Assembly: GCA_938002015.1 (NCBI GenBank)
Contig: CALLAU010000029.1
Location: 6,169 to 70,168 of the forward strand
Direction of reading: 5' to 3'
DNA length: 64,000 nucleotides
Source of the DNA: an uncultured Bdellovibrionales bacterium
Lineage (GTDB): Bacteria > Bdellovibrionota > Bdellovibrionia > Bdellovibrionales > UBA1609
Of this stretch, positions 27,969 to 38,289 are shown piece after piece. Within the stretch, counting starts at the first letter, position 1. Every line of letters begins with the position of its first letter. Position numbers and translations under genes: made by a program. The notes below the pieces were generated by a model. It ran no database searches and was not told the origin of the DNA. It worked only from the letters and a program-made list of their open reading frames with translations.

Positions 27969-30900
27969 TTACTTAACAACAGTCATCTTTGTATTTGGCA
28001 CTTCACCAAATAAGCCTGGCTCATATAAAGCTTCTACACGTGTTTGTGGAAGCTCAAAAGAACCCGGGTTATTAAGTTGATACTGATAACTTAAAGTCAC
28101 AGAACCTGCTGTTAAAAGCTCAAAATACACTTTATAACCACTGTATGATTTTTGAGCAGAACTATAAGCTCCCCAGCCATCACTTAAGATATTTGCTCCT
28201 GATGGAATTGGATCAAAAAGTGCTACATGTGGCTGAACAGATGGCGAATCAATCGTGATATCAACCTGAATAAGGTCTCCTGCAGAGAACACTCCACTAT
28301 TGTCAGATTTATTTGTTACTACTTTTGTAACTTTTAAACCTTGGTAGTTAGGTGCATCTAGTTTAACTGCAGCTTGAGCTACAACTGAAATCCACGGTTT
28401 ACCTTGTCCATCATGACCTACTGTTACTGTATCTTCAGTTCCTGTCCATGGAGCCGAAGTTCCTTGGTCTTCATCACTTGCACTACTCCAGTTAACTAAA
28501 GAAGTCGTGCTAGTAGTAGATACGATTGTCGTTCCACTTACTGCAACAGCTTCATAAGTTTTAGCAAAACCCATTAAGCCTTTTAAAACCCATGCTTTCG
28601 TTCTGCTTGTATACCACTTACCATTTTTATTAGCCTGAACTAGTCCAACAACAAGGTTATCTAAATAGTTCTCTGAGCTTTTCACACCCGTTGTAAGAGC
28701 AGCATTACTTTGAGCTTTTACAAGTCTAGCAGTAGCCACAACTTCATCTGCATACCCGTATAAGCCATAAGATGGAGAGCCCTTTAAAATTGCTGAAGTG
28801 TCTTTTAAAGATAAAGACGCTTCTTGAATGAACTTCATAACTGAAGAAGTCATTAATGCTTGCGGCTCAACATAAGCTGTAAGAGTAGCCATATCAGTTA
28901 AAATACTAATAGGATAAGTTCTAAACTCCTTTATTTCTTTAACTAAAGTCAAAACTTCTTGAGCATTACTTAATGCTCCTTCAAAACCCATTTCAAGCAT
29001 TGCATTAGCAACCTTAACTTTTGCAACTAACCAAAGTTCATCACTAGGGTTACTTGAAAGGTAAGTTGCATCAAGAGTTCCATCAGCTACCTTGCTAAAA
29101 GAATTTACTAATTTATCTCTAAGGCTTGATGGCATGATCTCCATTGCCCATGGCTTCATTGCTAACAATTGAACTAAATCAACAGTTAACCAAAAACTTC
29201 CTCTGCTAGCAGCAGAATAGTACTTAACAAAACCTTCACTATCTACTTGAGATAAAAGTTCAGAATATGCTCTTACCATTGCAGATCTGTTAGTCTCATC
29301 GCTTTCAACAAGCGCTTTAATCATTTTACCTTCAACTGTAATGTCAGCAAAGATATCCTCAGAAATTGCTTTTCTTACAGCATAATCAGCTGAATCAACT
29401 AAACTGCTAAAGACTTTAGTATCAATAAGACCCTGACCAGCTAGGGCTCTTTCATCTTTCTTTAAAGAAAACTCAACAGAACCAGACTCTATTTGAGCTA
29501 AGAACTCATCTTGTACTGTTAATGGTACTGATGGACTTACAACTTGAGTTGGAGGAGTTAAACCATCAACTCTAATACCGTTTTCATTATACACAGTAAT
29601 TGTATAATCAATAGTATTAGCTCCTTCAGGAATTTTAATATTCTCTAAAGCAAGTGATTTTGAACCACCTTTTTCTACAAGAACTGAAGATGTAGTCGAT
29701 CTTGGACTTACAACACCGTCATCACCTTTAACTATGTAATCAATCACTACTGTAAACGTCTCACCAACTTTACCGTTGTTTTGAACTGTTACTGTAGCTG
29801 GAAACTCATCACCTGTTCTAGCAACAGATGGAATATTTGAATACGTTTGAACTTCTTGGCTAGAAAGGTATGAAGTATCACCAGTTCCATACTTACTTAA
29901 AGAATCACTTACTACAGCAAAAACTTTAAATTTAGTTAATTTGTCGTTAAGCTTAAAACTAACTTGAGCTTGTCCGTTAACAACAGGAACGTTTGTTTCC
30001 CAAGCAACTAAAGCATCAAATAACTTTCTTTGAAAAGACTCTAGCTCACTACCTGAACCACCTTCTTCACCATATTTTGCACGATCATCTGCCGCCGCAG
30101 CGCTAACAATTGCTGCTTCAGCTTCTGCAACAGAATTTAAATAATCAAAGTTATTTACTGTAACAACATTATGCCCTCTCATTCCCATAAGAGATTCAAG
30201 AATATTCATTGATTTATTCTCTTTAAGTTCAAGAATTTTTTCTTCAACAGCAATAAGAGTTACTGAAGCTGAGCTTAGATCACCCATTTGAGCATCTACA
30301 TTCACAGTAGCAGTTGCTACATCGCCTGGCTTATACTCCTCTCTGTCCATATCAACACTTACATCAAGAGCATATTTTTCCCAGTCAATTTTTAAATTTG
30401 CAAAACCTAATCTGTAAGCAGGCTTTCCTAAATCAAGAGATTTAAAGTCTACATTCGTTTCAGATCTTCCAGCTACAAAGTATACTGAAGCAAAAACGTT
30501 TGGAGCACTCTTAGCACTTACAGGAACGCTTACAAACCCGTTTTGACAAGCTTTATTATCAATAAAAGACTCAACAACTTCTGCTCTTTCTAGAGTAACT
30601 AAAGCTGAGCAAGTTTCAAAAGGGCTCTCAAAACTAAGTTTCGCACTTTCTCCACCTTTGTAAGCCTCTTTATCAGCAGCTAACACTACACCTTTTACAT
30701 CTTCATCAAAGTAGTAGTAGTCGTTTTCAGCTTGAACAAGACCTTCAATATCCACAGAGAATTTAGAAAAAGTTTTTTGACCAAGTCCTTTACTAGCAAC
30801 ACTTAAGATGTAGTAACCTTGAGTTAAACCTTGAGCTGAGCAATTTGCCACACCTTCAACTAACTCACAGTTTGGCATCCAGTTAGTTGCAACAAGTTCC

Positions 30901-33809
30901 TTTTCAATAGTGTTTTTAATGAAACCACCAAAAACCTCTTCACCGATAACATGAGTCTTTACTTCAGAAACACTAATTTCAAGGTCAGAGATTTTTGTTA
31001 CAGGCTTACCTTCTACACTTAAGTCAACAGCCTGAAGTTTTGCTTCTTCTAAAGTACCAGAGGTTACTTTAGAACCAATGTATGAGTTAGAGCTATAAAT
31101 ATTTTTTGAAGTTGATACTGTTTGAAACTCACCCATTTGATCCTGGTATTTCATTCTGACAATCATCGCATATGGTCTTTTAGCTAGAGCTAAAAGGTCC
31201 GTAACAGTTTCTCCAGATTCTAAAGCCTGCTCAGCAAGATCAACACTAATTGTACCTTCACTATCAGTAACTAAACCTTTAAGGGTAGCTGGCTGCTCAA
31301 AGTCAGGAAGCTTCACTGCTTCTGTTTCGGAGTTTTCTTGACCAAACTCACCTTGAACAAAATCAAAACCTGTAAAGCCTTCTACATTTAAAGTGTTTGG
31401 AGCAAAGTAATAAGCCAATTCTTCTACTTCTTGATCTCTTGCACCTATACCATTAGCAAACCTAATATAGCCTGAAACTTTTAATTCAGCTGGCTTTATT
31501 AACGGTCCTTTTTCAAGATTTAAATTTGCCGACATTAATGGAACTTTAAACTCTGAAACTTCAATGTCTGTTCCAATAGCTTCATAATAAGAACTCTCTG
31601 GTCTAGATTTAATTCTTATACTGTATGAACCTAGGTCAGCTGTTACAGGAACCTGCCATTTAAAATCAGCAGCTCCATTTACCCAATTTAGCGGGAACGT
31701 GTATTCAACATCTGAATTGTTAGATGAAACTATAGCTTCTGGTGGTAACTTTGTTGAATCAACACTCGTAAAGCCTTCTTGATTTGGGAGAACAGCTGTA
31801 AGTTGCACAGGAACTGTTTGACCAGGTTTAACAAGGTTAATACCTACTAGTGAATGAATATAAACTGAACCATCATTTATATCAGAATATGTAAACTCAA
31901 CTCCTGGAGCATAGTTTGCAACTGTTCCATCAGCACGATTAGAACTATGAGTAAATGCCATATCTTCACTAGTCGACGCTGCCACAAAGTAGCTTCCCTC
32001 ATCGTATTTGTATGAACTACCTTCTGGGCAGTTTACTGAAATGCCATTTTGAGAGAACTTATAAAGTCCATCTGTATCCGTTTGTCCTGTTTTAACAATA
32101 TTGTTATTACAGTCATAAATATCAACTTTAGCACCTGCAACAGCAAGTCCTGTTGAGTAGCTCGTTACCCATGCTATTGACTCAGACTCACCTTTTTTAA
32201 GGTGAACGTTTAAGTCAGTTAGTACAGTTAAATTATAAGCAGGGACTTTTTCGTTTGAAATACTACTTTTAACTTCAACAGCGTATAATCCTGATTTTTT
32301 AGTGCCACCATACTCAAGACTTAAAAAAGTATTTAGAAAATCTTTTTGGTTTATTTCTCCATTTAAAACTACTTCTTCAGTTGTGTTTGAATAACCTAAT
32401 TGGTCAAGAGGGCTTACGTAGTACTCATCATCACCTAGATATGAACTCTTACTGTCATATGCAACAACTAGCTCTAAAATTTGAGACATATTAGTTATTG
32501 GCATCCAGTTTCCTACTGATGTCCCAGTTTTAACAACTGTTACTTTTTGATTTAAATTCATAATTGAAACTGGAAGAGCTGTATTCCCTTCAAGCTTTCT
32601 TTCCATAAAAGTAAGACGCTCTGGAAACTCAATAATCTCTGAGTAAGATCCAAAAATAAGATTATAAGTATTTGATAGCAAGCTTCTTCCATCTGCGTCT
32701 TGAAGGCCCTCAGGCAGATGAACTCTAGCTACAGTTTGAGGCTCAACCCTAACATTTCTAAAGTTTAGATTTGAAACTAGCGCATCATCTAAAGAAAAAA
32801 GTTTTAGCGAGTATGCAAGTCCACCAAGCCAGTTATAAGCAACACCATTTTCACTTGGGTATGCTTTAACAGTCTTTCCATCTTCAGAACCTTGAGGAAC
32901 GTACTCAATATAAGCCTCTTTTACATCACTCCATTTTGCACTTGCAGTTAAACTAACTCTAATAGAACTTTCAGGCATACATAGTGATGAATCTTGAGAA
33001 ACTCTAGAGCAGCTTACTTCTAGTTTAAACTTTTCTCTAACATTTAGAGTTTCGTTTTTATCTACACCTACAGCTGCAGATGAATAAGCTGATTTAAAAC
33101 CAGAAAGACTTAAATTAATTTCGGCACCAGGAATAAGGTCTCTGTTTACAGTTACTAAAGCCCAGTTTCCTTTTTCAAATTCTACACCGTTGTATCTTAA
33201 TCCATATTCTTTTCTAAAAGCTTCATAAAGCTCTTTTTGTTTATCAGCTGGTACTTCAGAAAGAGTGATTTTCTCTGAAGGGTAACCATCTTTAACCGGG
33301 TACCATAAAAAGTTACCATTTGAATTAAAAAGGCTCTCCTTATCAATATCTCCATCAAACGTTATCATAAAAACAGGAGAAGTTTCTCTTAATGAGTAAT
33401 TATATCCTGGAAGATTATATACTGAAGTAACCACTGGTCCTTCAACTACAAACTCATGTTTTAAACTTCCCACTGAATACTTAGTACCAGAAGTTGAAGT
33501 CAGCTCTACAGCCTGCTCAACTCTACAACCTGTACCACCTGGAAGTGGCGAAATATCTCCGTATACATTTTTCTCTAAATCAAGATTGTAAACCCATGTA
33601 GTATTATTATCTGCCCAGTTTCCATACCCTTTAACTTCAGGGTCACAGACAACATTAAAAGGCGTTTCTACTTTTTCCATAGATTCAGGAAAGGCCACTC
33701 TTATTTGCTCAACATCAGAAGAAGACTGCTTAGATGGACTAAAACTGACTTCTGCTTGAGCAGCATTAAATAAGAATAACGCTACAAACATAGTAAAAAA
33801 TATTTTCAT
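27969..33809 (-). CDS. bacterial alpha-2-macroglobulin family protein (1946 aa) lacking a thioester Cys
   Basis: Size. Signal peptide ..NAAQA|E. Repeated Ig-like MG-domain character. FQRKLFDALVAWETNVPV (A2M-domain R..F.ET.(A/F)W motif). Divergent pbpC neighbour. No Cys at all in the last ~870 aa. Confidence 0.8.
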   Translation of the reverse strand: MKIFFTMFVALFLFNAAQAEVSFSPSKQSSSDVEQIRVAFPESMEKVETPFNVVCDPEVKGYGNWADNNTTWVYNLDLEKNVYGDISPLPGGTGCRVEQAVELTSTSGTKYSVGSLKHEFVVEGPVVTSVYNLPGYNYSLRETSPVFMITFDGDIDKESLFNSNGNFLWYPVKDGYPSEKITLSEVPADKQKELYEAFRKEYGLRYNGVEFEKGNWALVTVNRDLIPGAEINLSLSGFKSAYSSAAVGVDKNETLNVREKFKLEVSCSRVSQDSSLCMPESSIRVSLTASAKWSDVKEAYIEYVPQGSEDGKTVKAYPSENGVAYNWLGGLAYSLKLFSLDDALVSNLNFRNVRVEPQTVARVHLPEGLQDADGRSLLSNTYNLIFGSYSEIIEFPERLTFMERKLEGNTALPVSIMNLNQKVTVVKTGTSVGNWMPITNMSQILELVVAYDSKSSYLGDDEYYVSPLDQLGYSNTTEEVVLNGEINQKDFLNTFLSLEYGGTKKSGLYAVEVKSSISNEKVPAYNLTVLTDLNVHLKKGESESIAWVTSYSTGLAVAGAKVDIYDCNNNIVKTGQTDTDGLYKFSQNGISVNCPEGSSYKYDEGSYFVAASTSEDMAFTHSSNRADGTVANYAPGVEFTYSDINDGSVYIHSLVGINLVKPGQTVPVQLTAVLPNQEGFTSVDSTKLPPEAIVSSNNSDVEYTFPLNWVNGAADFKWQVPVTADLGSYSIRIKSRPESSYYEAIGTDIEVSEFKVPLMSANLNLEKGPLIKPAELKVSGYIRFANGIGARDQEVEELAYYFAPNTLNVEGFTGFDFVQGEFGQENSETEAVKLPDFEQPATLKGLVTDSEGTISVDLAEQALESGETVTDLLALAKRPYAMIVRMKYQDQMGEFQTVSTSKNIYSSNSYIGSKVTSGTLEEAKLQAVDLSVEGKPVTKISDLEISVSEVKTHVIGEEVFGGFIKNTIEKELVATNWMPNCELVEGVANCSAQGLTQGYYILSVASKGLGQKTFSKFSVDIEGLVQAENDYYYFDEDVKGVVLAADKEAYKGGESAKLSFESPFETCSALVTLERAEVVESFIDNKACQNGFVSVPVSAKSAPNVFASVYFVAGRSETNVDFKSLDLGKPAYRLGFANLKIDWEKYALDVSVDMDREEYKPGDVATATVNVDAQMGDLSSASVTLIAVEEKILELKENKSMNILESLMGMRGHNVVTVNNFDYLNSVAEAEAAIVSAAAADDRAKYGEEGGSGSELESFQRKLFDALVAWETNVPVVNGQAQVSFKLNDKLTKFKVFAVVSDSLSKYGTGDTSYLSSQEVQTYSNIPSVARTGDEFPATVTVQNNGKVGETFTVVIDYIVKGDDGVVSPRSTTSSVLVEKGGSKSLALENIKIPEGANTIDYTITVYNENGIRVDGLTPPTQVVSPSVPLTVQDEFLAQIESGSVEFSLKKDERALAGQGLIDTKVFSSLVDSADYAVRKAISEDIFADITVEGKMIKALVESDETNRSAMVRAYSELLSQVDSEGFVKYYSAASRGSFWLTVDLVQLLAMKPWAMEIMPSSLRDKLVNSFSKVADGTLDATYLSSNPSDELWLVAKVKVANAMLEMGFEGALSNAQEVLTLVKEIKEFRTYPISILTDMATLTAYVEPQALMTSSVMKFIQEASLSLKDTSAILKGSPSYGLYGYADEVVATARLVKAQSNAALTTGVKSSENYLDNLVVGLVQANKNGKWYTSRTKAWVLKGLMGFAKTYEAVAVSGTTIVSTTSTTSLVNWSSASDEDQGTSAPWTGTEDTVTVGHDGQGKPWISVVAQAAVKLDAPNYQGLKVTKVVTNKSDNSGVFSAGDLIQVDITIDSPSVQPHVALFDPIPSGANILSDGWGAYSSAQKSYSGYKVYFELLTAGSVTLSYQYQLNNPGSFELPQTRVEALYEPGLFGEVPNTKMTVVK

Positions 33810-34059
33810 ATAACCCTCCAGGTATATTAATTTTGTTTATTTTATAGTTCCTTAATATTTTCTAAATAGCGTTTAAATACCATTTAGAGCAGCTTTCTTT
33901 ATATTTTGATAAAGTTTTCACATTTTAAAAGAAAGACCTAATAATGAAGTAATGCCTTAACAAAAAGCGACGAAATGTAACTGAAATTTCTTCAAACACT
34001 TAACATGATTTATTTTTTTGCTTATTTTGTTTGCTTTTTTAAGTGTATAAAGAGATCTG

Positions 34060-36210
34060 ATGAAAAGACTTATCTCAAAAAAGAAACAAGCTGTTGTTCT
34101 CACAAGCTTAATTTTATGCTCTGTTTTTGCTTTTTCATACTTTAAAAATCCGTCTTATCAAAAAATCAAATCCAGCGTTATAGGCTCAGACCAAGTTTTA
34201 CTAGATCGAAATGGACAGTACTTACAGGTCACAAGAACAAATTTTAAGAAAAGAAGAGTGAGCTGGCTTCCATTAAAATCTTATTCAAAAGAGCTCACTC
34301 AACTTATAGTTGCTGTTGAAGATAAAAGATTTTTTAGTCACTTTGGAATTGATCCTATTGCTTTAACAAGAGCTATGAAGTCTTACTTTATAGATAAAAA
34401 TCTAGAAGGCGGCAGTACAATTACAATGCAGCTTGCTGATTTAATTAGTAACGACGTTCTCTTAAAAAATAAAAAAATTAAAAAAGGTTTTATCTTAAGT
34501 AAAATAAATCAAATATATAGAGCTTTTTTTATAGACTTAAAATGGAATAAGGAAGAAATTCTAGAAGCATATTTAAATCTCATACATTTAAGAGGCGAAC
34601 ATCAAGGAGTATCTTCTTTTACTCAAGCCTATTTAAGTAAAACTCCGCACTATTTAAGCTTTGAAGAAAGTGTTGCTATTGCAAGTACTATAAAGAGGCC
34701 TAATGCTAAATATGAAAGGCTTTTTCAAAGAACTTGTTATAACACAACAAAGTTATCAAAAAATAAGGACTACGACTGCACTAAACTTAAACCAATCATC
34801 ACAAAAATCACAACGAACAAGCCATATATAGAAAATGATTACAAACTAGCTCCTCATTTAGCAAGAAAGCTCTTTAAAGAGAACAAGAAAAGTATTACAA
34901 CATCTTACTTAGATGCTGGCTTACAAAAAACTGTATACGGTATTTTAAAGAAAAACTTATCCTATCTTCAAAATAACAAAGTAAGTGATATTTCAGCTAT
35001 TGTTATCGATAACAAGACGGGTGAAGTTCTCTCCTATGTAGGGACTGTTGAAGAATTCTCTAAATCAAAAGATGTCGATGGAGCGGATTCACCAAGACAA
35101 GCTGGCTCCACTCTCAAGCCCTTTTTATACGCTAGAGCACTTGAGAAGAAATTGGTAACTACTGCTTCTATTATCTCAGATGAACCGACTGTTCTGCCTT
35201 GGTCAGGAGGTCTTTACCGACCAACTAATTATGATTCAAAATTTCATGGGAATGTAACTCTAAGACAAGCCCTTGCTTCTTCACTTAATGTACCTGCTGT
35301 TAAAATAGTAAAAATATTAGGACTAGCAGAAACTTATGAAACCATTAAATCTTTAAAATTTAGTGACTTAAATAATCCTGATTTTTATGGAGCCTCAATC
35401 GCCTTAGGAGCTGCCGAAGTAAGGCTTCACGAACTAGCCAATACTTACAGAGCCATTGCAAATGACGGTATTCTTAGTCCACTTAAATGGAGTGTAGAAC
35501 AAACTCATGACAAAACTAAAAACTTTAGAATAATGACACCGCAAACAGCCTTTCTTCTAAAGAGCATTTTATCAGACGGAAATGCTAGAGGTATTGGTTT
35601 TGGTTGGAATAGTGCTTTAGAGACCAGTTTTTGGGCTGCCGCTAAAACAGGTACAAGTAAAGCACTTAGAGATAACTGGTGTATTGGTTTTTCAAGTGAT
35701 TATACTGTTGGTGTTTGGGCAGGAAACTTCTCCTCAAAGAGCATGGTTGGTGTAAGTGGTGTTTCAGGTGCTGCACCATCTTGGTATGAAATAATGAACC
35801 ATCTCCATTCAAAACAAAGAAGCCACCCTCCAATAAAGCCTGCTGGTATTGTTGAAAAGAAAATAAAATTTGACTGGAGAGTTGGTGAGCTTACAGAGTT
35901 TTTTATAAAAGGAACTGAGCCTACTAATAGTATCATTAGCCTTCCTAAAAAGTATGATATTAGTATTACTTTTCCTGCTAAAGGCTCAACATTAGCTATC
36001 AACCCTCATAAGGGGGAGCAATCAAAAGCCATCTTTCTTAGGTATAAAGGTAAAGCTCCAGAGAACAGCTCTATTTATTTAAATGAAAAAAGAGTTGGCA
36101 CCCTTACAAACCCTTTTAAAATTAATAATATATATAGAGGTAAATTTAGAATATCCATAAAAGACCGAGAAAATAAGCTTTTAGACAGAACTCACTTTGA
36201 AATAAAGTGA
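34060..36210 (+). CDS. pbpC: penicillin-binding protein 1C (bifunctional glycosyltransferase/transpeptidase)
   Basis: GT51 motifs EDKRFFSHFGIDP, GGSTITMQL. Transpeptidase SxxK (GSTLKPF), SLN (SSLNVPA), KTGTS. C-terminal PBP1C-type beta domain. Adjacent to the A2M gene. Confidence 0.85.
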   Translation: MKRLISKKKQAVVLTSLILCSVFAFSYFKNPSYQKIKSSVIGSDQVLLDRNGQYLQVTRTNFKKRRVSWLPLKSYSKELTQLIVAVEDKRFFSHFGIDPIALTRAMKSYFIDKNLEGGSTITMQLADLISNDVLLKNKKIKKGFILSKINQIYRAFFIDLKWNKEEILEAYLNLIHLRGEHQGVSSFTQAYLSKTPHYLSFEESVAIASTIKRPNAKYERLFQRTCYNTTKLSKNKDYDCTKLKPIITKITTNKPYIENDYKLAPHLARKLFKENKKSITTSYLDAGLQKTVYGILKKNLSYLQNNKVSDISAIVIDNKTGEVLSYVGTVEEFSKSKDVDGADSPRQAGSTLKPFLYARALEKKLVTTASIISDEPTVLPWSGGLYRPTNYDSKFHGNVTLRQALASSLNVPAVKIVKILGLAETYETIKSLKFSDLNNPDFYGASIALGAAEVRLHELANTYRAIANDGILSPLKWSVEQTHDKTKNFRIMTPQTAFLLKSILSDGNARGIGFGWNSALETSFWAAAKTGTSKALRDNWCIGFSSDYTVGVWAGNFSSKSMVGVSGVSGAAPSWYEIMNHLHSKQRSHPPIKPAGIVEKKIKFDWRVGELTEFFIKGTEPTNSIISLPKKYDISITFPAKGSTLAINPHKGEQSKAIFLRYKGKAPENSSIYLNEKRVGTLTNPFKINNIYRGKFRISIKDRENKLLDRTHFEIK

Positions 36211-36272
36211 GTTTAGGTGTCTTATCTTTAAGCTTTTAAGGCCTTGCTTAATTACAAATCGCAAAACCATCT

Positions 36273-36338
36273 TTCGTCTTTTCATCAAGATGACGAACTA
36301 GACCCTCTTATTTTTCGTCACTTTACATAGTTGACGAA
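36273..36338. promoter_or_regulatory. two tandem inverted-repeat operator-like sites TTCGTC-N13-GACGAA
   Basis: TTCGTC 36273-36278 with GACGAA 36292-36297. TTCGTC 36314-36319 with GACGAA 36333-36338. Both have 13-nt spacers, both right arms extend to GACGAAC, and the centres are 41 bp apart. Confidence 0.6.
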
Positions 36339-36447
36339 CATACTTCTTACACACCCTCACCTTTTTTTGACCATTCAAGAAAAAAATTTCATAACTTGTT
36401 CCAAGAGGAAAAACTAAATTTTTAAATAAACCTTGAGGAGGGTATAA

Positions 36448-37074
36448 ATGAAATTATTAGTAGTATTAGTATCAATGTTCGTAGCAACTTCAGCTTTCGC
36501 TGACAGCCAAAGAGACGCTCAAAACGCTTTTAACAAAATGGGTGCTTTAGAAGCTTACAACTCTAGCATGTTCAGCAAAACTGTTGACAACATCTATATT
36601 CCAGGTACTTCAACTTGGGTTGATGGTAACTCACTTTGCAAAAAGAGCGGAATGATCATGACAAAAACTCCAGCTTACAGACAAGTTTGTGTAGCTTGGA
36701 ACTACCGTAACAGCGAAGGCGACAGAAAATCAACTACAAGCTTAAGAGTTGCTCTTAAGAATAACGCTACTTGCACGCAAAAAGTTAACGGCCCAATGCT
36801 TGCTCATCCAATCAACTACACTGCAGAAGTTACTATTTGGGGAGCTAGAAAATCAGGCGAACTTAAGACTGTTGCTGGCGGAAAAGCTAAAGTTTACAGA
36901 TCTTACCAAGAAGCTAAAGAAGCTGGTAGCCCAGTTGCTTTAGGAACAAAAACTGTTTCTAAGTCAGTAGCTACTACTTACAACGTAAACTTCTTTAGAA
37001 AAACAGCACACGACAGATTCGACAACAGCAAAAAAGTTGGATCACACAGATTTGGAGTTGCTACTTGTAACTAA
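36448..37074 (+). CDS. secreted hypothetical protein, probably highly expressed
   Basis: SD gaggaggg. Signal peptide ..TSAFA|D. Marked preference for C-ending Asn/Tyr/Phe codons and GCT Ala, unlike neighbouring genes. Strong terminator. Confidence 0.7.
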   Translation: MKLLVVLVSMFVATSAFADSQRDAQNAFNKMGALEAYNSSMFSKTVDNIYIPGTSTWVDGNSLCKKSGMIMTKTPAYRQVCVAWNYRNSEGDRKSTTSLRVALKNNATCTQKVNGPMLAHPINYTAEVTIWGARKSGELKTVAGGKAKVYRSYQEAKEAGSPVALGTKTVSKSVATTYNVNFFRKTAHDRFDNSKKVGSHRFGVATCN

Positions 37075-37095
37075 GAGTTAATCTCTACCAAATTT

Positions 37096-37129
37096 AAAAA
37101 GCCCAACTAATCTAGTTGGGCTTTTTTTT
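37096..37129 (+). terminator. rho-independent terminator
   Basis: 9-bp stem GCCCAACTA/TAGTTGGGC (37101-37109 / 37113-37121), 3-nt loop, 8 T. Confidence 0.9.
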
Positions 37130-37458
37130 GTTTTAAAAACAACACTTACTCTTAAACCTTAAGGCATGAACCTTTCATACGACTTGCACACTTTATATAC
37201 TCAACCAAAAGTATCTATACGCTTTTTGTTCTTTTAATAAGCAAAAACTAAAATAAGAGCCTCAATTAAAATCACCTTTATTGACTTTAATCTTTAAAAA
37301 AATGAAAGTTTTTCACAAGGGACTCGGGGGATTTTCTTGAAAGCAATTAAACACATTAATACGGGATTTTTACTACTAGCAAAGGCTTTTAAGCAGTTTG
37401 CTGTTTTCTCATTTTTATCTTTTATACGTAATCAAAATCCTAAAGAGGGAGTTTTATA

Positions 37459-38280
37459 ATGGAAACTCTCAAGCACTCTACGGTAAAACTTAAAGAACCT
37501 TCTGTAGATGAAGCTCTTGAACAGCTTTATAGTATTCTTGAAGATTATATGAGTACGCACACAAGTCTTACAGTTAATAGTTTAAGTAAAAGATGTAATG
37601 TAAGTGAGCCAACATTAAGACGTATTTATAAAAAGCAACTTAAAAGACTTCCAACAACTTCAACTGTCTTAAACCTCTTATCTCACATCTCTAAAAAGAA
37701 GAAAATTGCTGACCTAATAACTGCTTTTCCAGGCCCACTTATATCAAGGCTAGAAACCTCTATGTCACTTATCACAGAAAGAGAGCTTGATGAGACAAGA
37801 GATCTTTCTAAGCAGCTTCAAAACTCTATCACTTATCTAGTTTATAAATTAGCTGCTAATAAGTGCGGGGTTACGCTAAGTAAAGTAGTTGAGCTTTTTG
37901 GATCATATGGTGAACAACAAATTGAAAAACTTCTAAATGAGAATTTAATCAAAGAAGAAAATGGTGTTTTTAAAGCATCTCATCCAAACTTCTTTATTTC
38001 TCAAGAGATTTTTACTAGCCACTTTAAAGCTACAGCAGATTTTATTAAACCTGAAAACCTTACTAACTCTCCTTACAAATCATCTCAGCTTTTTTACAAC
38101 TGCTCTAGTTCTATTAACCTAAAAGCTTATAACGCTATTTTAAAACTTCAAAGAAACTCAATCCAAAAAATTGCTAAAATACTCGGGGATAAAGAATCTG
38201 AAGGAAATATACCTGTTTTTGCCATTGGAGCTATTGATACACTAGATAATGAAAGTGCTTTTGAAATTTCAAAAAAGTAA
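37459..38280 (+). CDS. hypothetical protein with N-terminal helix-turn-helix (putative transcription regulator)
   Basis: SD aagaggga. TVNSLSKRCNVSEPTLRRIYKKQ looks like a classical HTH. The remaining ~200 aa are unrecognised. Confidence 0.5.
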   Translation: METLKHSTVKLKEPSVDEALEQLYSILEDYMSTHTSLTVNSLSKRCNVSEPTLRRIYKKQLKRLPTTSTVLNLLSHISKKKKIADLITAFPGPLISRLETSMSLITERELDETRDLSKQLQNSITYLVYKLAANKCGVTLSKVVELFGSYGEQQIEKLLNENLIKEENGVFKASHPNFFISQEIFTSHFKATADFIKPENLTNSPYKSSQLFYNCSSSINLKAYNAILKLQRNSIQKIAKILGDKESEGNIPVFAIGAIDTLDNESAFEISKK

Positions 38281-38289
38281 GTTTCTTAT

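Noticed and set aside
33513-33527. GCRVEQ near the N-terminus of the alpha-2-macroglobulin as a possible thioester motif.
   Set aside because: It is CxxEQ rather than CxEQ. It lies at residue 95, in the first MG-like domain, and not in the thioester domain about 465 aa from the C-terminus.
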